A stretch of DNA of 64,000 nt from an uncultured Candidatus Rokubacteria bacterium (GTDB taxonomy: Bacteria > Methylomirabilota > Methylomirabilia > Rokubacteriales > CSP1-6): the NCBI GenBank assembly GCA_963771355.1, contig CAVYTA010000006.1, forward strand, positions 384,001 to 448,000, read 5' to 3'. A program made the position numbers and the translations under genes. The notes beneath the pieces were generated by a model that was not told the origin of the DNA, did not search any database, and was given only the letters and a program-made list of their open reading frames with translations. Shown here one piece after another: positions 1 through 12,767 of the stretch; the first letter of the stretch is position 1; every line of letters starts with the position of its first letter.

Positions 1-107
1 CCCGGTGTCCGCGGTTACGGGCGGAAGGTGGTGAACGGCGCCTCACATGACAGGTGGGTTCAACCCTTCACGCGGACCGTGAGCCGCCTGGACGGCTACG
101 GCCGAGT

Positions 108-1406
108 CTACTTCATCATGCGGGGCAGCCACAACGAGATGATGGGGAAGGCGACCAGGATGGCGAGGCGGATGACGTCGGCCCACACGAAGGGCATCAC
201 GCCCCGGAACACGGTGGCGGTGGAGACCTGGGGCAGCAAGGTCTTGAGCACGAACATGTTCATGCCCACCGGGGGGCTGATGAGGCCGATCTCCACCACG
301 CACACGATGATGATGCCGAACCAGACGGGGTCCAGCCCCAGGTGCACGACGAGGGGGAAGAACACCGGCATGGTGAGGAGCACCATGGACAGCTCCTCCA
401 TGGCGGTGCCGAGCACCACGTAAATGGCGCAGATGGCCGCCACCACCATCAGGGGACTGAGCCCCAGGCGGGTGACCAGGTTCTTGAGGTCGGCGGGCAT
501 GCTGGTGATGTTCACGAACTCCGCGAACATGAGCGCTCCGATGAGGATGAGGAAGAGCATGGAGGTGGTGCGGGCGCTCTCGAGGAGCGCGGCGTAGAGC
601 GTCTTCCAGGTGAGCGCGCGGCGCCAGCCCGCGAAGGCCAGCGCGCCCATTGCCCCCATGCCCGCGCCCTCGGTGGCGGTGAAGAGCCCGCCGTAGATGC
701 CGCCCATCACGAAGAGGAAGAGCGCGGCCACGCCCCAGACGTCCTTGAGCGCGAGCCAGCGCTCGCCCCAGGACGACCGGGGGCCGGGCGGGCCCCAGCT
801 GGGGTGGCGCCAGGTCGTGTAGACGATGGCCAGGCAGAGCAGCACCGCGCCCAGGATGCCGGGCAGCACGCCCGCCGCGAAGAGCTTGCCGATATTGGTC
901 TCGGTGAAGACGCCGTAGATGATCATGATGGTCGAGGGCGGGATCATGATGCCGAGCGTGCCCGCGGCCGCCACCGTCCCGGCCGCGAGCTGATCCGAGT
1001 AGCCGAAGCGCTTCATGGACGGGTACGCCACCTTGGCCATGGTGGCCGCGGTGGCGATGGAGGAGCCGCAGATGCCGCCGAAGCCCGCCGAGGCCCAGAC
1101 GGTGGCCATGGCCAGGCCGCCGCGCAGGTGCCCGATGAAGGCATACGCGGCGCGGAAGAGCTCCTGGGACATGCCGGCGCGGGTGACCAGGTTGCCCATG
1201 AGGATGAACAGCGGCACCACCGACAGCGTGTAGTTCCGTCCCGTCTCGTAGATCTTGGTCTGGACCATGGCACCGGCCACCGTCCAGTTCCAGTCGCGCA
1301 TGTAGGCGTACCCGATGATGCCGACCAGCCCCATGGCGAACGAGATGGGGATCCGCACGAAGGCCAGCACCATCATCAGGAGCAGCCCCAGCAGCCCCTC
1401 GATCAT
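108..1406 (-). CDS. dctM: TRAP transporter large permease
   Basis: 432 aa highly hydrophobic protein with DctM motifs (SGSS-like CGSSIAT, GTLGIMIPPS, EIGLISPPVG); lies downstream of dctQ and dctP. Confidence 0.95.
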   Translation of the reverse strand: MIEGLLGLLLMMVLAFVRIPISFAMGLVGIIGYAYMRDWNWTVAGAMVQTKIYETGRNYTLSVVPLFILMGNLVTRAGMSQELFRAAYAFIGHLRGGLAMATVWASAGFGGICGSSIATAATMAKVAYPSMKRFGYSDQLAAGTVAAAGTLGIMIPPSTIMIIYGVFTETNIGKLFAAGVLPGILGAVLLCLAIVYTTWRHPSWGPPGPRSSWGERWLALKDVWGVAALFLFVMGGIYGGLFTATEGAGMGAMGALAFAGWRRALTWKTLYAALLESARTTSMLFLILIGALMFAEFVNITSMPADLKNLVTRLGLSPLMVVAAICAIYVVLGTAMEELSMVLLTMPVFFPLVVHLGLDPVWFGIIIVCVVEIGLISPPVGMNMFVLKTLLPQVSTATVFRGVMPFVWADVIRLAILVAFPIISLWLPRMMK

Positions 1407-1882
1407 CTATGAGGCGCCATCGCGCGCCAGAGGTGGATGACGGCGGCCAGCCCGATCATCGCCGCCATGAAGTACACGAAGGGGCCGTAGACAATCCGCA
1501 GCACGTCGGTCGAATCGCGATAGCCCCAGATCTTGTCCGCCTTGAGCCAGGTCAACCAGGCCAGCGCCCCCATCATGACCGCGGAGCCGAGGTTCACCGC
1601 ACGCTCGAGCCAGCCCTGCCGGCGGGGCCCGAGCAGGCGGTCGATGAAGTCCATCAGCGCGTGCTCGTTGGTGAAGGACACCAGCGGCAGCCCCGCGAAG
1701 ATGAGCACCAGCAGGAGCAGCTCGGTGACCTCGAAGGCCCCTCGCACCGGGCGGTTCAGGACATAGCGCGCCACCACGTCCACGAAGGTGAGGAGCATCA
1801 TGGCCAGGAGGATGATGGAGGCGGCGACGCCGAGAAGGCCCTCGACGCGCCGCTCCCAGACGGGCGCGGAGTCGGTCACCAC
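1403..1882 (-). CDS. dctQ: TRAP transporter small permease
   Basis: 159 aa with 4 TM segments and the DVVARY..N.P motif; stop overlaps the dctM start. Confidence 0.92.
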   Translation of the reverse strand: MVTDSAPVWERRVEGLLGVAASIILLAMMLLTFVDVVARYVLNRPVRGAFEVTELLLLVLIFAGLPLVSFTNEHALMDFIDRLLGPRRQGWLERAVNLGSAVMMGALAWLTWLKADKIWGYRDSTDVLRIVYGPFVYFMAAMIGLAAVIHLWRAMAPHR

Positions 1883-1898
1883 CCGCGCCCGGCGACCG

Positions 1899-2921
1899 TC
1901 ACTGGCCGGCGGCGACCTTCTTCAGCTCCGCGCGAAACTCGGCGAGGATCCGGGCCGCGTCCACGCCCTTGGCATTCGCCTTGGTGATCCAGTCCTCCTC
2001 GATGGGGGCGGACCGCTTCTTCACCTCGGCGACGAAGGCGGGGTCGGCGCTGACGATCTTGACGCCGGACTTCTGCAGCGCCTCCAGCCCCTTCTTGTCC
2101 GCCTCGTCCCAGGACCGGCCGGCGAGGCGCGCGATGTGCTCGCCGGAGATCCGGCTGATGGCGTCCTGGTCCTGCTTGGGGAGCTTGTTCCACTTGTCCT
2201 CGTTCATGAAGAAGCCGAAGGCGGAGCTGTACATGCCGCCCGGGAAGAGCGTGGCCTGCTCCAGCACGGACTCCAGCTTGAAGGAGACGATGGACTCCAT
2301 GGGGAAGAACACGCCGTCGGCCACCCCGCCCTTGAGGAGCTCGTAGGACTCCGGCGCGGGCTTCACGAAGGCCGAGGCGCCGAGCGCCTTGGCCACCGCT
2401 TCCGCCACGCCGCCGCCGGTGCGGATCTTCAGTCCCTGCACGTCGTTGATGCCGGTGACCGGCCGCTTGGTGAACATCTGCCCGGGTCCATGCGTGAACA
2501 CGCCCAGAAGCTTGACGCCCTTGTACTCGCCCACCTTGTCGAAGTGCTTCCAGTGGATGCGCGAGAAGGCCACCGAGTTGACGAGCGCGGTGTCACCCGC
2601 GCCGGGGAGCTCGGCCATCAACGGCAGAATGTGGCGCGAGGGCGTGTAGCTCGCGGTCACATAGGAGAGGTCCACCAGGCCGTCGCGGACGGCGTCGAAG
2701 GTGCCCGGAGGCGCCGAGGGGTGCTTGGGCAGCATGGTGAGCTTCACCCGGCCGTTGGTGACCTTCTCGACCTCGTTGGCCCAGCCCTGCAACACCACGC
2801 TGGTCAGGTGATGCTGGGGCGAGACCCACGAGGACATGGTAAGGGTGGTGGTCTGGGCAAGGACCGGCGGGGCGGCGGCGAGGAGCCAACCGGCCATCGC
2901 GGCGAGCACGATTCGGGTCAT
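1899..2921 (-). CDS. dctP: TRAP transporter substrate-binding protein
   Basis: Signal peptide MTRIVLAA..LAQ, GLKIR motif, YELLKGGVADG; ATG at 2921 preceded by GGGAGG. Confidence 0.93.
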   Translation of the reverse strand: MTRIVLAAMAGWLLAAAPPVLAQTTTLTMSSWVSPQHHLTSVVLQGWANEVEKVTNGRVKLTMLPKHPSAPPGTFDAVRDGLVDLSYVTASYTPSRHILPLMAELPGAGDTALVNSVAFSRIHWKHFDKVGEYKGVKLLGVFTHGPGQMFTKRPVTGINDVQGLKIRTGGGVAEAVAKALGASAFVKPAPESYELLKGGVADGVFFPMESIVSFKLESVLEQATLFPGGMYSSAFGFFMNEDKWNKLPKQDQDAISRISGEHIARLAGRSWDEADKKGLEALQKSGVKIVSADPAFVAEVKKRSAPIEEDWITKANAKGVDAARILAEFRAELKKVAAGQ

Positions 2922-2975
2922 GGGGGCCTCCCGAGGCGGGCGCGACGGCCCGCCGTCGGCGGGTAGTGTAACATC

Positions 2976-3021
2976 CCGGAGACGGCGGGCCGGAGACGGC
3001 GGGCCGGAGACGGCGGGCCGG
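2976..3021. repeat. 14-bp perfect tandem repeat (CCGGAGACGGCGGG x3.3) in the divergent dctP / PEP-mutase intergenic region
   Basis: Read directly: copies start at 2976, 2990 and 3004, with a partial copy at 3018; an 11-bp inverted copy GGCCCGCCGTC lies at 2947-2957. Confidence 0.95.
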
Positions 3022-3040
3022 GACCAGGGGGACGACACGG

Positions 3041-3874
3041 ATGCCCACGCAGGCAGAGAAAGCGGCGACGTTCCGCGCGCTGCATGCGCGGCCCGGCGTG
3101 TTCATCATGCCCAATCCCTGGGATACGGGCACCGCGCGGCTCCTGGCGTCGCTGGGCTTCGAAGCCCTCGCGACCACCAGCCTGGGCGTGGCCAATAGCC
3201 TGGGCCGGCCGGATGGCACCGGCGCGGTGAGCCGCGCCGAGGTGATCGCGAACTGCCGCACCATCGCGGACGCCACCGACCTGCCGGTGAACGCCGACCT
3301 GGAGAACGGCTACGCCGACGAGCCGCGCGCGGCCGCCGAGATCATCCGGCTCGCCTCGGAGGCGGGCATGGTCGGAGGATCCATCGAGGACGCCACCGGC
3401 GATCCCGCGCGGCCCATCTACGACTTCACCCTGGCGGTGGAGCGGGTGCAGGCCGCGGTGGAGGTGGCGCGCGCGCTCCCCGTTCCCTTTCTGCTGACGG
3501 CGCGGGCCGAGAACCTCATCCACGGCCGGCTCGACCTGGACGATACGATCAAGCGGCTCCAGGCCTTCGAGGCGGCCGGCGCGGACGTCCTCTACGCGCC
3601 CGGGCTCCGGGACCTCACGACCATTCGCGCCGTGGTCTCGGCGGTGAGGCGGCCGGTGAACGTGGTCATGAGCCACATCGATCCTGCCCTCACCGCGGCC
3701 GAGCTGGCGGCGGCCGGCGTGAAGCGCATCAGCGTGGGCGGCTCGCTCTCGCGCCTGGCCCTGGCCGCCTTTCTCCGCGGTGCGCGCGAGATGAAGGACA
3801 CCGGCGGGTTCACGTGGGCCCGGGAGACGGTGACCGGCAAGGAGCTGAAAGGAATCTTCGCGCGATGGCAGTGA
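3041..3874 (+). CDS. Isocitrate lyase / PEP mutase family protein
   Basis: PNPWD, ALATTS, PVNADLENGY, GGSIED, TARAE and RISVG motifs. Confidence 0.92.
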   Translation: MPTQAEKAATFRALHARPGVFIMPNPWDTGTARLLASLGFEALATTSLGVANSLGRPDGTGAVSRAEVIANCRTIADATDLPVNADLENGYADEPRAAAEIIRLASEAGMVGGSIEDATGDPARPIYDFTLAVERVQAAVEVARALPVPFLLTARAENLIHGRLDLDDTIKRLQAFEAAGADVLYAPGLRDLTTIRAVVSAVRRPVNVVMSHIDPALTAAELAAAGVKRISVGGSLSRLALAAFLRGAREMKDTGGFTWARETVTGKELKGIFARWQ

Positions 3875-3884
3875 TCGCCGCACC

Positions 3885-6563
<2,679 letters not shown>

Positions 6564-6612
6564 GTGGGACGGACTCGAGCGCCGCGCGCCCGGTGGCGAA
6601 GGAGGGCGGCTC

Positions 6613-7626
6613 TCAGCGCGCGCCCGCCGCCAACCGCGCGCCCGCCACCATGGCGGCCAGCTTCGCCCGCGCCAGCGCTCGCGGCAAGTGCTTCATGCCG
6701 CAGTCGGGCGCCAGCACCAGCCGCGAGGCGGGGAGATGGGCGAGCGCGGCGTCGATCCGTCGCGCCACCGTGTCGGCGGACTCCGCCTCCGGTGAGCCCA
6801 GATCCAGCACCCCCAGGACCATGGTCTTGGACGGGAGGGCCGCGAGCACGGACGGGTCCAGCCCCGGTTGCGCGGCCTCGATCGAGATCTGATCCGCCGC
6901 GCAGCGGTCGAGCTCGGGCAGGAACGAGTAGCCGCTGGGCTTGTCCTTGACCGAAAAGGCGTAGCCGAAGCAGAGGTGCACCACGGTGGTCTTGCGCAGC
7001 CCCCGCAGCGCCCGGTCGATGGCCGGCACCGCGTAGGCGCGCGCCCGGTCCGGCTGGGCCTGCATGTATGGCTCGTCGAGCTGGAGCACGTCCACCAGGG
7101 GCTCGAGCTCGGCGAGCTCGGCATTGACGGCGTCGGCATAGGCCATGGCCAGGCGCTCCGGATCGCGGTAGTGCTCGTCCTGGGCGAGCTGGGTCATGGT
7201 GAAGGGGCCGGGGATGGTCACCTTGATCCGGCGCCGGGTGATAGCGCGGAGGAACCGGACGTCGTGCAGGAGCACGGGGCGCGCGCGGGCCACCGGGCCC
7301 ACGATCCGGGGCACCGCCTGCGGCTTGCCCACGCGGTTGATGGCGGTGCCGGGGGTGAGGGGATCCACGCCCTCCAGCGCGGTGGCGAACTGGTTGAAGT
7401 AGCTCTCGCGCCGCTGCTCGCCGTCGGTGACGATGTCCACGTCGGCGGCCTCCATGTCGGCCACGGCGAGGCGGACGGCGTCGTCCTGGGCCTCCTCGAG
7501 CAGCGGCTCGGCGACGCGCCACAGCTCACGCATGCGCACGCGCGGCACCGCGTTGGTCCGGAGCCGGTCGTGGTCCACCAGCCAGGGCGGCTGGGGATAG
7601 CTCCCCACCACCGTGGTGGTGAGCAT
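6613..7626 (-). CDS. Cobalamin-independent methionine synthase II family (MetE catalytic-domain-only) protein
   Basis: TTVVGSYP, TDGEQRR, QLDEP, HLCFG, IE and PDCG zinc-binding motifs. Confidence 0.9.
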   Translation of the reverse strand: MLTTTVVGSYPQPPWLVDHDRLRTNAVPRVRMRELWRVAEPLLEEAQDDAVRLAVADMEAADVDIVTDGEQRRESYFNQFATALEGVDPLTPGTAINRVGKPQAVPRIVGPVARARPVLLHDVRFLRAITRRRIKVTIPGPFTMTQLAQDEHYRDPERLAMAYADAVNAELAELEPLVDVLQLDEPYMQAQPDRARAYAVPAIDRALRGLRKTTVVHLCFGYAFSVKDKPSGYSFLPELDRCAADQISIEAAQPGLDPSVLAALPSKTMVLGVLDLGSPEAESADTVARRIDAALAHLPASRLVLAPDCGMKHLPRALARAKLAAMVAGARLAAGAR

Positions 7627-8787
7627 CTAGGCGCGCGAGACGAAGGCGGGCATGACCTCCTTGGCGAACCAGGCCAGCTGCTCGACCATGGCCGCCTGGG
7701 GCGTGCCCATGCTGTTGCTGACGTGGACGTACTCGAGGCCGGGGAACTCCTGCTCCAGCGACTTGAGGTAGGCCACGAGCTCTTCCGGCGGACCCGCGAA
7801 CCAGGCGCCGACCTTGGTGTAGTCCTCGAGCTTCGGCACACCGCCCGCGTCCCAGCCGCCCCGCCGCGCCGCCGCCAGGTTCTGCTCCGGCGTCATGCCC
7901 GGCACGAAGCCCAGCGGTCCGAACATCTTCACGTGCTCCTCGTACCAGGGCGTGATCTCGCGGACCGCGCGCTCCCGCGACTCGGCCAGATGGTAGAAGA
8001 TGCCGAGGCTCAGCCCCTCGCCGAGACGGTAGTCGAGGCCTCCGCGCTGCGCGGCTTCCTGATAGGCGTAGATGGACCGCGAGGCCATGGTGGCGGCGCC
8101 GCCGCCGATCATGCCCCGGATGCGGTGCTTGACCATGAAGTCCAGCCCGCGGGCGCCCGCACTCACGATGGGCTGCCAGCACTCCACCGGCTGGTGAATC
8201 GGTCGCGGCACCAGGGTGATCTCCTTGAGCTCGTACCCGCGGTAGGGCACCGGCGGGGGCAGGGTGTAGTGCTGCCCCTGGTGAGAGAACGACTCCGACC
8301 GGAAGGCCTTCATGATGACGTCCACCTGCTCCTCGAAGAGCGCGCGGTTGGCCTCGGCGTCCCGCATGGGGCTGCCGAAGGTCTCCACCTCGCGGGTGTG
8401 GTAGCCGCGGCCCACGCCGAAGATGCACCGCCCGCCGGTGAGGATGTCGGCGGTGGCGAAATCCTCTGCGAGGCGGAGGGGATGCCACATGGGGGTGATG
8501 TTGAAGCCGCAGCCGATGCGGAGCCGGGTGGTGAGGTGCGACAGATGCACCGCCGCCATCATGATGTTGGGAATGCACTCGTAGCCCTCGTGCTGGAAGT
8601 GGTGCTCGGCCAGCCAGAGGGCGTGGTAGCCATGGTCGTCCATGCAGCGCGCGATGGCCTCCGCCTTGGTGAACACCGAGGCCAGGTGGTCGTTGGAGTA
8701 GCGGCGCGCGTTGGCGGGGGTGGCCTGCTGACCCATGTCGCCCAGATCCACGTGGCCGGCGTAGACCGTCGAGAACTTGGTGATCAT
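7627..8787 (-). CDS. LLM class (luciferase-like) flavin-dependent oxidoreductase
   Basis: WLAEHHF, HPLRLAEDFATADILTGGR and GVGRGY motifs. Confidence 0.92.
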   Translation of the reverse strand: MITKFSTVYAGHVDLGDMGQQATPANARRYSNDHLASVFTKAEAIARCMDDHGYHALWLAEHHFQHEGYECIPNIMMAAVHLSHLTTRLRIGCGFNITPMWHPLRLAEDFATADILTGGRCIFGVGRGYHTREVETFGSPMRDAEANRALFEEQVDVIMKAFRSESFSHQGQHYTLPPPVPYRGYELKEITLVPRPIHQPVECWQPIVSAGARGLDFMVKHRIRGMIGGGAATMASRSIYAYQEAAQRGGLDYRLGEGLSLGIFYHLAESRERAVREITPWYEEHVKMFGPLGFVPGMTPEQNLAAARRGGWDAGGVPKLEDYTKVGAWFAGPPEELVAYLKSLEQEFPGLEYVHVSNSMGTPQAAMVEQLAWFAKEVMPAFVSRA

Positions 8788-8799
8788 GTCGCGTCTCCG

Positions 8800-9864
8800 T
8801 CAGGCGGGGTGCTGGTGGAGGTAGTGCGCCCGGAGAAGATCCAGGCCGAAGTCATTGCGGGGATCATGCCATACGGAGTGGATGTGGTTGGCGTCGTTCT
8901 GGGTATTGTCGTACTCGATGAGGAGCGTGGGGCCGTGGAGCCGGTAGTAGTGGGCCTTGCCCGGCTCGAGCGAGCCCGCCCAGGCGAAGTGCAGCAACTC
9001 GATCCCGGCCTCGCGCACGCGGCGGAGCTCCTCCGCGGCCAGCTCGGCGCGCATGTTCTGCGCGTACTCCTCGACCAGGCGGAGGGCCAGGCTCCGCTGG
9101 TCGCCGGTCAGGTCCGCCAGCGGCAGCCCCGCGGTGGTGGCCAGGCTGAGGGCGCGCCCGGGCCCGCTCACGATGTCCCCCAGCGCCCGCGTGTCGATGA
9201 TGAGGCGCGGGCGGAGGCGCGGCTCCACGCTGCGCGCCAGCGTGCGGGCGAGGTCCTGCTCCGCGGCCAGCGCGCGCAGGCCCTGGTGGGGGCCGGCGGG
9301 CACCTCGGCGGGATTGGCGCCGAGGAAGGCCGGCGTCATGGCGATGGGCTTGCCGGGTACGAGGGTGAAGTTGAGGGAGAGATGATGTCCTTCCAGGCGC
9401 CAGCCCCAGGGCGCGGCGGCGGCGGGGTGGCCGAACACCGTGATCGAATAATTCTCGGGATCGCGGAGGAGCGCCCCGAAGGTCTCGAGGCGGCGCAGCA
9501 CCTCCTCGAGCCGGATGACGTTGACCGCCTTGGCATAGCCCACCGCGCTGAGGCTGGCCTTCATCAGCTCATGCGCGGCGGCCCGCGCCGGCGCCGGCAT
9601 GTCCTTGAAGGGCAGGCCCTCGCGGCTGCGGGGCACATAGTGCCAGTTGAGCCGCTCCTTGTCCGCGAAGCCGATCAGCGCGCGCCGTTGCCCGTCGGGA
9701 GAGAGCGTGGCGAGGAAGGCCGCCGCCGCGGCGGCCATGGCGCTTCGCGCGGCGTCGGCGGGCTGGGCGAGGAGGGGCCGCGGACGGGCCGCCATCGCCG
9801 CGCCGGCCGCGAATCCCCCCGCCAGCCCGTGCAGCAGCCGGCGGCGCGTGAGGGGCCCCGCCAT
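8800..9864 (-). CDS. DUF3500 family protein, Tat-exported
   Basis: TRRRLL Tat signal; WHYVP, WGWRLEGHHLSLN, YYRLHGPT and NHIHSVWHD..NDFG motifs; ATG at 9864 after GGAGG. Confidence 0.88.
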   Translation of the reverse strand: MAGPLTRRRLLHGLAGGFAAGAAMAARPRPLLAQPADAARSAMAAAAAAFLATLSPDGQRRALIGFADKERLNWHYVPRSREGLPFKDMPAPARAAAHELMKASLSAVGYAKAVNVIRLEEVLRRLETFGALLRDPENYSITVFGHPAAAAPWGWRLEGHHLSLNFTLVPGKPIAMTPAFLGANPAEVPAGPHQGLRALAAEQDLARTLARSVEPRLRPRLIIDTRALGDIVSGPGRALSLATTAGLPLADLTGDQRSLALRLVEEYAQNMRAELAAEELRRVREAGIELLHFAWAGSLEPGKAHYYRLHGPTLLIEYDNTQNDANHIHSVWHDPRNDFGLDLLRAHYLHQHPA

Positions 9865-9869
9865 GGCCT

Positions 9870-10523
9870 CTACGAGTACTTCACCGTGCACCCGTAGGCC
9901 CGCGTCACCGGCGTCTTGACCGGCTGGCCGGCGGCCACCGCCTGGAGCGCCGCCCGCACGTAGTTGTTGGCGCCCGGCACGTCGCTGCGGCGGCTGGTGG
10001 GCTTGTCGTCGATGGCGCCCGCGTAGACGAGGAGACCCGCCTTGTCCACGACGTACATGTGGGGCGTATTGGTGGCCCCGTACATCTTCCCGACCTCGCC
10101 CTTGGTGTCCAGCAGGACCGCGGTGGGCGCCGCCTTGCGGTTCGTGGTCAGCTCGTCGGCATGGGCGGGCTTCACGTGGCCCTGCTCGCCCGGCGCCGAG
10201 GAAATGACGGTGAGCCAGATGACGCCGGCGCCGGTGGTCTCGCGCTGCAGTGTCTGCATGTTGCCGGTGTCGTAGTGCTTCCGCACGTACGGGCAATCGT
10301 GATTGGTCCACTCGAGGATCACCAGCTTGCCGCGGTAGTCGGCCAGGCTCACCGCCGCGCCGCTGGTGGAGGTGGAGGTGAAGGCGGGCGCGGCCTCGCC
10401 GACCTTGGCCACGGCGGCCTGCGCCGGCAGCGGGCGCGCGAGGCCGTCGACGGCGCCGATGAGCACCGCGGCGCAGCCGGTGCGGGTGATGAAAGCGCGT
10501 CGGGACAGACGTTCGGGAGTCAT
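9870..10523 (-). CDS. Redoxin / AhpC-TSA family thioredoxin-fold protein, Tat-exported
   Basis: SRRAFI Tat motif; LEWTNHDCPYV, ATNTPHMYV, YAGAIDD and C-terminal YGCTVKY; ATG at 10523 after AAAGGAG. Confidence 0.88.
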   Translation of the reverse strand: MTPERLSRRAFITRTGCAAVLIGAVDGLARPLPAQAAVAKVGEAAPAFTSTSTSGAAVSLADYRGKLVILEWTNHDCPYVRKHYDTGNMQTLQRETTGAGVIWLTVISSAPGEQGHVKPAHADELTTNRKAAPTAVLLDTKGEVGKMYGATNTPHMYVVDKAGLLVYAGAIDDKPTSRRSDVPGANNYVRAALQAVAAGQPVKTPVTRAYGCTVKYS

Positions 10524-10552
10524 GGGGTCTCCTTTCGATTCGGGGGGCCGGG

Positions 10553-12712
10553 TCACAAGGCCTCGATGGCCTCGAGTATGGTCCTCTCGCTGAGGATTTG
10601 CGGGAGAACGGTAGGGGGGGCGGCGGCGCCGGCGGCGCCGGCTACACGGGCCCCCGCGGGATAGACCACGTAGAGGGGGACGCCATTCCGTCCGAAGGTG
10701 CCGAGGGCGGCGGCGATCTCGGCGCTCCGGCTGGTCCAGTCGGCCCGGAGGTAGACGACGCCCTTGCGCGCGAAGGCCTCCGCCACCACGGGCGAATGGA
10801 GCGCGATGCGCTCGTTGACGAGACAGGTGATGCACCAGGCGGCGGTGAAGTTCACGAATACGGGCTTGCCCTGCGCGCGCAGCTCCGCGACGCGGCGCGG
10901 GCTCCAGCCCTCTGCGGCGGGGCCGCCCGCGGTGGCCGCCGCGGCGGGCGGGGCCGACCTCGGTGCGGAGGACGCGAGGGGGCTCAGCGCCAGCGCCGCC
11001 ACCACGCCGGTCACCGCGGCCACCGAGCCGGCGCGCCGCCAGCGCGGCCGCGCGTCGCGCGTGCGGCCGTGCAGCCATGCCGCGAAGGCGATGAGCAGGA
11101 GTCCGCCCAGCGCGGCCGCCACCGCCTCCGGGCCGGCCTGCCGGCTCAGCACCCAGACCAGCCAGGCTGCCGTCGCGTAGAGCGGAAAGGCCAGCGCCTG
11201 CTTGAGCCACTCCATCCACGCGCCGGGCCTCGGCAGCCAGCGGCGCCAGGCCGGCGCCAGGGATAGTGCGAGATACGGCAGCGCCAGGCCGAGCCCGAGG
11301 GCTTCGAAGACGAGCAGCGCGGCCCCCGCCGGCTGGGTGACGGCGTACCCCACCGCCACGCCCATGAAGGGCGCGGTGCAGGGCGTGGCCGCCACCGCGG
11401 CGAGCGCGCCCGTGAAAAAGGTGCCGGCATGGCCCGATCGCGCCGTGAGCCCCTGGCCGAATCCCGTGATCCGTCCGCCCACCAGCCAGACGCCGGACAG
11501 CGCGAGCGCCAGCGCGAAGAAGAGGTACGCGAGCAGCGTGACGATGGCGGGGGACTGGAGCTGGAAGCCCCAGCCGATCTGGTCGCCGCCCGCGCGCAGC
11601 GTGAGCAGGGCACCCGCGAGCGCGCCGAACGCGAGCAGCACGCCCGCGGTATAGGCGAGCCCGTGACGCCAGGCCCCGCCCGGCCCGGCATCGGCATGGG
11701 CGACGAGAGCCAGCGCCTTGACCGACAGCACCGGCAGCACGCACGGCATCAGGTTGAGGATCAGGCCGCCGAGCAGCGCCAGGCCGATCGCCTCGAGGAG
11801 CGAGACGGCGGGAATGATCGGGGCGGCAGGTCCCGCTAGTCCCGCCGCCGCCTCCGACGGTGTGGCCTGGATCACGAAGGCCTGGCTCACCATGCCGCCG
11901 TCGAGCCGTTCGCGGATCACCAGCACGCCGTCGATGGGGCCCTCGGCGGCCTCGACGAGATCACCGCGCTTGAGTCGCACGATGATCCCGTCCGGATCCA
12001 CCGTCGTGTCCTGCGGGGCGGCATGGTCGATGACGCCCCACCGGGCCGGGAAGAACCAGACCTCTCCCACGCGCTCGGCACGCAGCCGGGGCGCGGCCAC
12101 GGTGAGCGTGACCGACTCCGGCGTCGCCGCGTAGCGGGCGGGCCACGGGCTCGGCGCGGGAACAGCCCGGCGCGCCGCCGCGATGGCCGGCGCCGAGCGC
12201 GGGTCCGGCGCCGGGCGCGCGGCGACGACGGGAAGCGTGAGCGCGACGTCCGCCTCCTCGGGAATGCAGATCTTCGCGCAGACGAGCCAGCTCGCGCGCG
12301 CGCGCAGGTCGAGCCGAGCGCCGGGGGAAAGGTCCGCGGGCGCGGTGAGCCGGGCGAGCACCACCACCGCGTCGGTATAGCCGAAGCTCATGGCCGGGCC
12401 CACGGGGATCCGCTCGGGATGCGGCCAGACGAGGGGACCGGCCGCGACCCCGCGCGGCAGCGTCCAGGCGACGGTCATGGGCTCGCCGGAGTCGCCGGGA
12501 TTGATCCAGTACGTATGCCAGCCGGGCGCGATGCGTTGACGGATACCCACCCACACGGCCCCGCCGGGCTCGATGCCCGCCGCCTCGCTGATCAGCTCGA
12601 CGCGAACCCGGGGGCCCGCGGCCTCGGTCGCCCGTTCGGCGGCGCGCGCGGTCCCATCGAGGAGACCGAGCGCGAGCAAGGCGGCGAGCAGCGGGAGGGA
12701 CCTCCACGCCAT
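10553..12712 (-). CDS. dsbD: Thiol:disulfide interchange protein, DsbD family (N-domain, TM domain, thioredoxin domain)
   Basis: GWHTYWINPGDSG, C..IC, NLMPCVLPV, ATPCTAPF and FTAAWCITC motifs. Confidence 0.9.
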   Translation of the reverse strand: MAWRSLPLLAALLALGLLDGTARAAERATEAAGPRVRVELISEAAGIEPGGAVWVGIRQRIAPGWHTYWINPGDSGEPMTVAWTLPRGVAAGPLVWPHPERIPVGPAMSFGYTDAVVVLARLTAPADLSPGARLDLRARASWLVCAKICIPEEADVALTLPVVAARPAPDPRSAPAIAAARRAVPAPSPWPARYAATPESVTLTVAAPRLRAERVGEVWFFPARWGVIDHAAPQDTTVDPDGIIVRLKRGDLVEAAEGPIDGVLVIRERLDGGMVSQAFVIQATPSEAAAGLAGPAAPIIPAVSLLEAIGLALLGGLILNLMPCVLPVLSVKALALVAHADAGPGGAWRHGLAYTAGVLLAFGALAGALLTLRAGGDQIGWGFQLQSPAIVTLLAYLFFALALALSGVWLVGGRITGFGQGLTARSGHAGTFFTGALAAVAATPCTAPFMGVAVGYAVTQPAGAALLVFEALGLGLALPYLALSLAPAWRRWLPRPGAWMEWLKQALAFPLYATAAWLVWVLSRQAGPEAVAAALGGLLLIAFAAWLHGRTRDARPRWRRAGSVAAVTGVVAALALSPLASSAPRSAPPAAAATAGGPAAEGWSPRRVAELRAQGKPVFVNFTAAWCITCLVNERIALHSPVVAEAFARKGVVYLRADWTSRSAEIAAALGTFGRNGVPLYVVYPAGARVAGAAGAAAPPTVLPQILSERTILEAIEAL

Positions 12713-12767
12713 GCTGAATCGTACCATGTGGGCGAAGGCGCGCCGGATGACGGCAGCGTGACGAGGA

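Noticed and set aside
6868..9897. 1009-aa plus-strand ORF and many other long antisense or alternate-frame ORFs (e.g. 3810-6056, 48710-50098, 61905-63923)
   Set aside because: Shadow ORFs typical of high-GC DNA; they overlap well-supported genes and lack recognisable motifs
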